Part shown: one piece after another, positions 38,501 to 44,279 of the stretch
Layout: each line of letters begins with the position of its first letter
How positions within the stretch are numbered: the stretch's first letter is position 1
DNA from: Rhodobacteraceae bacterium UBA1943
Lineage (GTDB): Bacteria > Pseudomonadota > Alphaproteobacteria > Rhodobacterales > Rhodobacteraceae
NCBI GenBank assembly: GCA_002336845.1
Contig: DDEX01000035.1
Coordinates: 2,474-66,473, forward strand
DNA: 64,000 bases
Direction: 5' to 3'
The notes under the pieces: generated by a model
What the model was told of the DNA's origin: nothing
The model's input: only the letters and a program-made list of their open reading frames with translations
The model's database searches: none
Position numbers and translations under genes: made by a program

Positions 38501-39901
38501 CCGCGCGGCCCACAGGTATCGGATGACGGCAGTGTCACCGTGCCGGTGGCCGCGAACCCGCAGTTGACGGTGACCAAGAATGCCGGTGAGGTCAGCTTTA
38601 TCACCGCAGGCGACGTGATCACCTATACGATTACGGTGACCAACAGCGGCAATGTCACCCTGACCAATGTATCGGTGACTGACCCGCTGACCGGCCTGAA
38701 CCAGAGCCTTGGCACCATGGTGCCCGGTGATACGCAGACAGTGACAACCACCTACACGATCACCGCGACAGATGTGGAAACCGGGCATGTCGATAACACG
38801 GCCACTGCAACCGGCACGCCGCCTGCCGGTGCGGCCTCTGTCTCGGCAGATGGAACCGAAACGGTCCCGAACGACCTGACGCCACGCGAAGCCATCGGGA
38901 TCGAGAAGGTGGCGGGTATCGGCCATGTCATGGTTGGCCAGGTCGTGCCCTATACGATCACCGTGACCAACCGGTCGCAATTCACCACCGTAACGGTCGA
39001 TGTGGTCGATACGATGCCGCCCGGCTTTGTCTATCAGGCCGGTTCAGGACGGGTGGGCGCAACGGCGCAAGAGCCTGAGGTGAATGGCAGCCGCTATCGG
39101 TTTACCGATGTGGCGGTTCCGCCGCAGGGTAGCGTGGCCATCTCGATCTCGGCACTGGTAACGGGCTCGGCCCAGCCGGGCGAGAATACCAACACCGCCC
39201 GTGCTTTTGATCCGAACACCGGCGAGCCGCTGTCAACGACTGCTTCGGCGACGGTGATGGTTGATGCCGATCCGGTCTTTGACTGCGGTACGGTCATCGG
39301 CCGGGTGTTCGACGATGCCAACCAGGACGGCTATATGAACGGCCCGTCCTCGGCAGAGGCGAAGGACGGCGAGGTGGGCCTGCCTGCGGTGCGTCTGGTC
39401 ACGGTGAACGGCACGATCATCACGACCGATCGCTTCGGGCGCTATCACATTCCTTGCGCCGAACTGCCGCGCGACATCGGAACCAACTTCATCCTCAAGC
39501 TGGATGAGCGCACTTTGCCCACGGGCTATCGGCTGACGACCGAAAACCCGCGCGTGGTGCGCCTGACGGCAGGCAAGATGACGCGGATGAACTTTGGCGC
39601 GACATTGGCGCCTGTGGTTCGTATCGACCTGTCGGACCGGGCCTTCCTGACCGGCAAGCAGGCGAAAGAGCCGCGCCCCGAACTGGCCGAAGGGTTGCGT
39701 CAGATGGTGCGGCAGATCGCCAACACGCCTTCGGTCCTGCAACTGAACTACCTGCTGGGGCCAGATGGCGAAAAGCTGGCCAAGGCGCGGATGCGTGTGA
39801 TCGAGGACATGGTGCGAGAGCTGTGGCGCGGCACCGGTGCCTACAAGTTGAACGTCGAACAGGTGATCGAGCGGGGCAATGACCACGCCGGAGGTGAGTG
39901 A
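32573..39901 (+). CDS. Giant secreted/surface repeat protein (~2,440 aa): signal peptide, unique N-domain, ~17 DUF11 (TIGR01451-type) Ig-like repeats, SdrD-B/Cna-B-like domain, ~100-aa C-terminal tail
   Basis: Uninterrupted 7.5-kb frame. Signal peptide ..MALSVVVLWLAVVLGAAPLSA|QT; start is ambiguous (ATG 32573, GTG 32558, or further upstream to 32381). Recurrent V(I/T)xYTITVTNTGNVTL..DPLTGL.QT.A.LAPGASQ..T.YTVTQADLDAG.V.NTA.A.G. SdrD-like GRVFDDANQDGY..GLPAVRLV..TTDRFGRYHI. Confidence 0.9.
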   Translation: MALSVVVLWLAVVLGAAPLSAQTVNTYTTQTSFDNALPNITLIGTLENFSGVGTNYRMSTNAASPDVWNGFTLYAKPPSGNGSSFGPSGYCPRLNATPWPQTPTWCIGYNSQAPNRPGITASVSSAGGANGSILFRFSQPVYAFYFTFVDWNDLSQRSAFRFTLSNGVVRTVTGPTNPSNNPPEFFAAMLDKTSREEGIYITQVEWYGLDTTGELVGIWNVGTYRTVSDMQIKKTYGAAVLRPDGSYDLPIKLTMTNNGNLNIRNMQISDAVGAASNFGSAFTSIVSGPTITLHDDGLPTFSVAPTLNPAFNGTAANSNLFNGTTGLLGTEDSVDVDFTVRLTAEAATLSPTFGNTVTASAQDAYYPVTPALTRTDRSTPTLTAAAPALTVTKTANTEGLSSPPVPGNVITYTYQLRNSGNLNLTNLSVTDVHSGTGALSAISPATVAGPLAPGATTTFTASYVLTQADIDTGSALTNTATGQATDAYGHAVTGQGNAAVPLTRNPAIVIDKSTTVTLITAVGQVIPYTIVVTNSGNVTLQNVVVSDPLTGLNQTIASFAPGATQVYHTTHTVTQADFDSGNVHNIASVMAQAAGGGTVTASDSAAVPPDAQPSATLVKSAPTGTPTLGQTLTYNITLTNTGNVTMTGATITDTKITPSSLACPGIAPGATCVLTGTYVVTQADVDAGEVVNTATATAPLLPAPLHSTVVTPITRTPALTVNKAAGVASFSTVGAVIPYTINVTNTGNVTLTAIAVTDPLTGLNQTVASLAPGASQNVATSYTVTQADLDAGQVANTATATGQAPGGASVSGNGSATVPASQAPALAVTKTASLPSYAAVGAVIPYTITVTNTGNVTLAAIGVTDPLTGLSQAVASLAPGASQTLTTSYTVTQADLDAGQVANTATATGLTPGGAPVSGSATANVPAAPAPGLSLDKVATVPSYSTVGSAIPFTITVTNTGNVTLTSVVVTDPLTGLNQTVASLAPGASQTLTTSHTVTQADLDAGQVVNTASASGTPPTGGPVTANGSVTVPAAPAPALSLSKVSSVPSYAAVGDVISYTITVTNTGNVTLTAISVADPLTGLNQTVASLSPGASQTLTTSYTVTQADLDAGQVANTATTSGTPPTGGPVTASGSETVPAVLSPALTVQKTTTTTIMTAAGQVIPYTITVTNTGNVTLGNVVVTDPLTGMSQTIVSLAPAASQVFNTSYTVQQADIDLGYLVNTATATGNVPGGGTVTGSDGAAVPPVINPGLSVVKSNPTGTVALGQTLTYTVTATNTGNITLHSVTVSDAMLTPASTSCAVLAPTASCVLTGSYVVTQADVDAGQIINTGSATSNETPTPTSDTVTTPVPQVLDMAVTKTADVTSFDAVGDVITYTVTVSNPGTVTLTNVQVTDPLTGLNQTVASLAPGASQALTTSYTVTQADLDAGSVGNTASATGTPAGGGGPLTESASASVPADVTPGLTLTKVANVSTVNHAGDAVTYTITVTNTGNVTLSDVSLTDPLTSLTSDIGTLTPGQSNVVTITYYVSQAQIDAGGVTNTASATGTPPSGPAITATGTATVTASENPELTVTKSQPSGTVALGQTLTYTVTARNSGNTTLSNVVVSDAILTPGSITCATLLPNAICTLTGTYVVTQADVDNGQIVNTGSAVSTQTPTPTTSTVTTPVPQNPGLSITKVATSPNFSAVGQTISYTITVANTGTVTLNAIAVNDPLTGLSQTVATLAPGASQALTTSHIVTQADLDAGFITNVASATGTPPSGQPITETATSTVPALVTPGVTVTKVAGVATVSANGDVIPYTITVTNTGNVTLINLVVSDPLTGLSQTIATLAPGASQPVITSYTVKQADLDAGLVANVASVSGTTSGGTPVRGSDNATVTATPAPALTVTKVADVASIGAVGDVVSYTITVTNSGNVTLSNVAVSDPLTGFSQTVATLAAGADQSFTTSYTVTQADLDAGSVVNTALATGTPPRGPQVSDDGSVTVPVAANPQLTVTKNAGEVSFITAGDVITYTITVTNSGNVTLTNVSVTDPLTGLNQSLGTMVPGDTQTVTTTYTITATDVETGHVDNTATATGTPPAGAASVSADGTETVPNDLTPREAIGIEKVAGIGHVMVGQVVPYTITVTNRSQFTTVTVDVVDTMPPGFVYQAGSGRVGATAQEPEVNGSRYRFTDVAVPPQGSVAISISALVTGSAQPGENTNTARAFDPNTGEPLSTTASATVMVDADPVFDCGTVIGRVFDDANQDGYMNGPSSAEAKDGEVGLPAVRLVTVNGTIITTDRFGRYHIPCAELPRDIGTNFILKLDERTLPTGYRLTTENPRVVRLTAGKMTRMNFGATLAPVVRIDLSDRAFLTGKQAKEPRPELAEGLRQMVRQIANTPSVLQLNYLLGPDGEKLAKARMRVIEDMVRELWRGTGAYKLNVEQVIERGNDHAGGE
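33730..38880 (+). repeat. Tandem array of 16 coding repeats, period ~310-330 bp (~107 aa)
   Basis: The codons for (T/Q/S/K)QAD(L/V/I/F)D recur at about 33.96, 34.29, 34.61, 34.92, 35.24, 35.57, 35.89, 36.21, 36.53, 36.84, 37.16, 37.49, 37.80, 38.12, 38.44 and 38.76 kb. Repeats 4-7 and 10 share long near-identical DNA stretches. Confidence 0.9.
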
Positions 39902-42900
39902 TGGGGCGGGCAATCATCGACATGAAGAACGCCACATATTCGCGCGCCCGCCTGGCGGGCCTGTTGGGAACTGCGGCCCTGCTGGCCGGTCTGCCGGTGA
40001 TGGCGGTGGCCCAGGCTGCTGGCGGCACCGAAGGTTGCGCCCTGATCGACGGCAAGATCCCGCCCGGTTGCGCGCGGCCAGAGGCCGGAACCGTGGTGCG
40101 GATGCCTGCTGGCGCCAACACCACCGACACCAAGCCGACCGGCGCGCTTGGCCCATATGGCTTTGCCATCACGATTGATGCCGCTCCGCCCGAGGCCACG
40201 GACCGCGCCCGTCTGGCTGGCGCAGATCAGGCACAGGACGATGGTCGCCGGGTGGACCGCATACTGGCCGAAGCCGGCGTGCAGGTTACTTATGATGGGC
40301 TGGGCGTGCGCCCCAGGCTGGCGATTTCCACCGGCGATATGAAGTCCTCTTACACGGCGGGCAGCGCGGTAGCGTTTCGCGCCTCGACCAACTATCCGGC
40401 CTGGATCGCGAAATCCGAAATCCGCCTGATCGAACGGGATGACCCGACGAAGGTTGTGGCGGTCATTCCGGTGGCCGCAAACGGCACGGCAGACTGGACG
40501 ATGCCCGCCGAAAGCGTGCTAAAAGACGGCAATCTGTTTTACAGCCTGCGCGTCTATGACAATGCGGGCCGTTACGACGAAACCGTCCGCCTGCCCATAA
40601 GCCGCAGCGCGGAAAAGTTTCCGCAGGAACCGCTGGATGGCCCCGTGATCGCTCCCGGCGAGGGTGAGGACATGACAGCCCGCCGCTCAATTCCGGTGCG
40701 CGGTGGTGCCGTGACCGTGACGGGCAATACCGGCGGGCGCGGTTCGGTGCAGGTGATGGGTGAGGACACGGTGGCCGACCCGACGGGCACTTTCGTCATC
40801 CAGCGTATCCTGCCGCCCGGCGCGCATGACATCCGGGTTGGGCTGGGCCGTGACAGCATCACCCGCCATGTCGAAATTCCGCGCCGTGAATGGTTCTACG
40901 TCGGCATCGCCGATCTGACCTGGGGCAAGGAAAAGGGCGAGGGCAGCTATACCCTGGGGCGTCTTGCCGGCTATGCCAAGGGCAATACGGCGGGCGGTTA
41001 TACCATCACAGCCTCGGTCGATACCGGCGAAGGCGAGATTGAGGACATCCTGCGCGATCTGGATGCCAAGAACACCCGCCGGGTGCTGGACCGCATCAAG
41101 TCCGAAGATGTCTATCCAACCTTTGGCGACGATTCGACCAGCCTTGAGGATGCCCCCACCTCTGGCAAGCTGTACCTCAAGGTGCAAAAGGACAAGACCG
41201 CCCTGACTTGGGGTGATTTCAAGGCGGCGGACGGCACTTCGCCCCTGATCCGCAGCGACCGTACGCTTTATGGCCTTCTGCTGACGCATGAATCCATGGC
41301 CCAGACCACCCATGGCGATGCCAAGCTGAAATACTCGGCCTATGGCGCCTCCCCCGACCGGTTGGTGCAACGCGACGTAATGCGCGGAACCGGCGGGTCT
41401 GCCTATTTCCTCAAGCGGCAGGACATTCTGTACGGGACCGAGACGATCTATGTTCAGTGGCGCGATCCGGTCAGCGGCAATGTCGTGCGCAGCCAGCGCC
41501 TGACGGCGGGCGATGACTATGAGATCGACTATTATCAGGGCGTGATCATCCTCAAGTCGCCCCTGTCCGCAGCGGGTGGCGGCGGGCTGATGGGCGACCG
41601 TCCTTTGGGCGACTATGACGTCGATCTGGTCGCGCAATACGAATATGTGCCCACCACGGGCAATGTGGATGGCTATGCCGCCGGGGGCCGCGTCGAAGGC
41701 TGGGTGACCGACAGTCTGCGCCTTGGCGCAAGTGCTGCCAAGGATACGACAGGCGTGGCCGACACGACCTCGGTTGGTGCCGATGTGCTTTGGCGCAAGA
41801 GTGATGCGACCTGGCTTTCCTTTGACGTCGCGCAAAGCGAAGGGCCGGGTTATGACACCAGCTTTTCCCTGAATGGCGGTCTGGATATTGATGACGACCC
41901 CTCTGCCGGGGTGAAGGGTCAGCCTGCCAATGCGATCCGTCTGGAAGGGCGGGCCGATCTTGAGGAACTGACCGGCGGCGCGATGGCGGGTGAGGTTTCA
42001 GCCTATTTCGACCGCAAGGAAGCTGGCTTCGTTTCGGCAGATTACGACATTGACACCACCCAGACCTCTTGGGGTCTCGCGGGCAAGCTGGATCTGAACA
42101 GCCGCACCCAGTTGCGTCTGGCCTATGACAACTTCCGTGACGAAGACGGCAAGAAGCGGCAGGACGGCAAGGTTGAGCTGGCCTACGACCTGACCGATCA
42201 ATGGACGGTCGAAACCGGTATTGCGACCACCGACCGCAAGGGCGACCCCTTTGCCGAGCCGGATGAGCTGGGCCAGCGGACGGATGTCGGCGCACGGCTG
42301 ACCTGGACGCGCGACGACGATCTGAAGGCTTGGGTCTTCGGTCTGGCAACGGTCAGCCGTTCGGGCGGTCTGGAACAGAACAACCGCCTTGGCTTTGGCA
42401 TCGCCGGTCGCCTGACCGACCGGCTGTCGGCCGAAGGAGAGGTTTCGGGCGGCAGCCTTGGCCCCGCCGGGCGCGCTCTGCTGCGGTGGGACAACAATGC
42501 GGGAACCAGCTATCGGTTTGGCTACACGCTTGATCCGATGCGCCGCTTTGAAACCGACCGGATCGGCACGGATGGCGGCAAGTGGGTGATTGGCGCCGAA
42601 AGCCGGGTAAATGACCATATCACCTATCGGGCCGAGAACAGCTACGATCTTTTCGGCAACGAACGCGCGCTGACCACGGCCTATGGCGTCCGCTATACGC
42701 CCAGCGATACATGGGCCTATGACGGCACGTTGGAATTCGGCCAGACCGACGATCCTGAAGGCGGCGGCACCTATACCCGTCGCGCCATAGGGGCAGGGGT
42801 ACGCTATTCCAACGGCGACCTGGCCGAAGCGGGGCTGCGCGCCGAGTATCGTAATGACGAATCCACCGACGGCGCGCGCAACCGCGACAACTGGCTGGTG

Positions 42901-43518
42901 AAGGGATACTGGCGGCAGAAGACCTCGGATGACTGGCGGTTGCTGTTCGATCTGGCCGCGCTGGTTTCGGAAAGTGATCAATCCTCGCTGCGCGATGGCC
43001 GCTATATCGAGGCCAATCTGGGCTGGGCCTATCGCCCGGTTGCCAATGACCGGCTGAACGCGCTGTTCCGCTATACCTATCTTGAGGATCTGCCGGGGCA
43101 GGACCAGGTCAGCATCGACGGCTCGCTGGACGGGCCGCGCCAGCGCAGCCACATCCTGTCGATTGACGTGGACTACGACCTGAACCGCTATTGGACGCTG
43201 GGCGGGAAGTACGGCTATCGGTTCAGCAATGTGACCGACCGCACCACCAATGTGTTCACCAAGAATACTGCCGATCTGGCCATTCTGCGCCTTGACTATC
43301 ATGTGACCCACAACTGGGATCTGACGCTGGATACCCGCCTCTCGCATTTCTACGAGACGGACGTGACCGAGACTGGCGCGATGGCTGCGGCCTATCGCCA
43401 TTTCGGCAACAACCTCAAGGTCGGGGTCGGCTATCAGTTCGGCAATGTGTCCGACGATCTGCGTCTGATCGACGGCCGCAAGGAAGGGGTGTTCCTGAAC
43501 ATCGTCGGCAAGTTCTGA
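39901..43518 (+). CDS. Large outer-membrane protein (1,205 aa): signal peptide, ~550-aa soluble N-terminal region, ~650-aa C-terminal beta-barrel; translationally coupled to the giant repeat protein
   Basis: Its ATG overlaps the upstream TGA (GGAGGTGAGTGATGG, SD GGAGG). Signal ..LLGTAALLAGLPVMAVAQA. The C-terminal half has amphipathic strand patterning rich in G/D/Y/R/T. The terminal beta-signal is GVFLNIVGKF, ending in Phe. Confidence 0.8.
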   Translation: MGRAIIDMKNATYSRARLAGLLGTAALLAGLPVMAVAQAAGGTEGCALIDGKIPPGCARPEAGTVVRMPAGANTTDTKPTGALGPYGFAITIDAAPPEATDRARLAGADQAQDDGRRVDRILAEAGVQVTYDGLGVRPRLAISTGDMKSSYTAGSAVAFRASTNYPAWIAKSEIRLIERDDPTKVVAVIPVAANGTADWTMPAESVLKDGNLFYSLRVYDNAGRYDETVRLPISRSAEKFPQEPLDGPVIAPGEGEDMTARRSIPVRGGAVTVTGNTGGRGSVQVMGEDTVADPTGTFVIQRILPPGAHDIRVGLGRDSITRHVEIPRREWFYVGIADLTWGKEKGEGSYTLGRLAGYAKGNTAGGYTITASVDTGEGEIEDILRDLDAKNTRRVLDRIKSEDVYPTFGDDSTSLEDAPTSGKLYLKVQKDKTALTWGDFKAADGTSPLIRSDRTLYGLLLTHESMAQTTHGDAKLKYSAYGASPDRLVQRDVMRGTGGSAYFLKRQDILYGTETIYVQWRDPVSGNVVRSQRLTAGDDYEIDYYQGVIILKSPLSAAGGGGLMGDRPLGDYDVDLVAQYEYVPTTGNVDGYAAGGRVEGWVTDSLRLGASAAKDTTGVADTTSVGADVLWRKSDATWLSFDVAQSEGPGYDTSFSLNGGLDIDDDPSAGVKGQPANAIRLEGRADLEELTGGAMAGEVSAYFDRKEAGFVSADYDIDTTQTSWGLAGKLDLNSRTQLRLAYDNFRDEDGKKRQDGKVELAYDLTDQWTVETGIATTDRKGDPFAEPDELGQRTDVGARLTWTRDDDLKAWVFGLATVSRSGGLEQNNRLGFGIAGRLTDRLSAEGEVSGGSLGPAGRALLRWDNNAGTSYRFGYTLDPMRRFETDRIGTDGGKWVIGAESRVNDHITYRAENSYDLFGNERALTTAYGVRYTPSDTWAYDGTLEFGQTDDPEGGGTYTRRAIGAGVRYSNGDLAEAGLRAEYRNDESTDGARNRDNWLVKGYWRQKTSDDWRLLFDLAALVSESDQSSLRDGRYIEANLGWAYRPVANDRLNALFRYTYLEDLPGQDQVSIDGSLDGPRQRSHILSIDVDYDLNRYWTLGGKYGYRFSNVTDRTTNVFTKNTADLAILRLDYHVTHNWDLTLDTRLSHFYETDVTETGAMAAAYRHFGNNLKVGVGYQFGNVSDDLRLIDGRKEGVFLNIVGKF

Positions 43519-44230
43519 TCAAGCCGTCAGAGAGAACCGGGCGATGAATATCCTGTAGCCGACAGGGATAAACCGCACAGGTTTTCCAGAGGCCACTTCA
43601 ACAGCCCGCGCTGGGCGTTCAGATGCGCACTTCGCGGCGGTGCCACCATTAATGAGATGGTCCGTCCTGCACCTAAGCATGGCATTAGGGGAATGTGCAT
43701 CGAACGGAAAGAAAGGATGTGGACCAAACGCAGACCTGAGACAGTGGCTTTCGGCATCGATACCGGCGAGGGGATTCAATATCTTGCCACTGAACGCCGA
43801 GGGGGCCGGTTCCTGCGGGCCAGGCCACGCGCGATACATTGATGAGCCGTTTCGAAGCGGCGCCGAACGTGGTGATCGGCATGGCAGCCCGCTCCGGGTA
43901 CAGGGGCAGGCACGGGGGCTGGTTTCGATGGCCATGAAGCCCGGATCATACCCGCGCGCTTCGTTTGGTTCTGCGTTAACCCCAGCAAGGCCGAAACGTC
44001 GATGCCGCAGCAATCGCCAAAGCCATGACGGGCCGAGCATGCACTTGGTCGGGCAGCGAAGCCCGGAGCAACCCGACATTCAATCCCTGCACCGCAACTG
44101 GGGCGGCCACATACCGCATGCGCAGGGAAGTCCCGGCTCGGGTCAATTGCCGAAAGATCGCAACGGGATACGTCTTTCCATGCTCTCGCTGGCGTGCAGG
44201 TCCGGTTGCCTCATCGGTTGAACGGATAAG

Positions 44231-44264
44231 AAAGCCGCCCCGGCCAGTGCATCGGGGCGGCTTT
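44231..44264 (-). terminator. Rho-independent terminator of the minus-strand sugar ABC operon
   Basis: AAAGCCGCCCCG-(10 nt loop)-CGGGGCGGCTTT. On the minus strand the stem is followed by TTTCTTATCC. Lies 16 nt past the binding-protein stop. Confidence 0.75.
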
Positions 44265-44279
44265 GCAGGGCTGATCCGA

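Noticed and set aside
33773-38980. Very long antisense ORFs (595 aa at 33773-35560 and 1,089 aa at 35711-38980) opposite the giant repeat gene.
   Set aside because: Their translations are Arg/Gly/His/Asp-rich low-complexity strings that simply mirror the sense-strand repeats. High GC plus the repeat structure removes stop codons on the opposite strand. The sense frame has a clear domain signature and signal peptide.
40687-43401. Antisense ORFs of 382 and 467 aa (and several shorter ones) inside the barrel-protein gene.
   Set aside because: No recognisable motifs, biased R/A/G/P composition, and they overlap a sense frame with a signal peptide, amphipathic strands and a beta-signal. These are typical GC-rich shadow ORFs.
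43639-43800. Riboswitch-like fragments: GGTGCC.., GCCACTG (both orientations), and CTGAGA followed by ATACCGGCGAGGGGA, which resembles the TPP-box 3' half.
   Set aside because: The intervening conserved elements of cobalamin or TPP riboswitches (AAGGGAA..GGTG.AA.CC; ACCC..GAACCTGATC) are missing. No gene lies downstream in either orientation, because both flanks are gene ends. Most likely chance matches; an Rfam scan would settle it.
44124-44140. GGGAAGTCCCGGCTCGG, resembling the RNase P RNA 5' motif GGAAAGTCCGGGCTC.
   Set aside because: Two mismatches, and only ~100 nt remain before the terminator, which is far too short for a ~400-nt RNase P RNA. The partner ACAGAA..CCGGCTTA element was not found.
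43519-44221. ORFs of 186 aa (minus) and 193 aa (plus) filling the convergent spacer.
   Set aside because: Cys/Arg/Pro/Ser-rich, with no hydrophobic core pattern, weak third-position GC bias relative to neighbouring genes, and no plausible RBS. The region is treated as non-coding or decayed (see finding).
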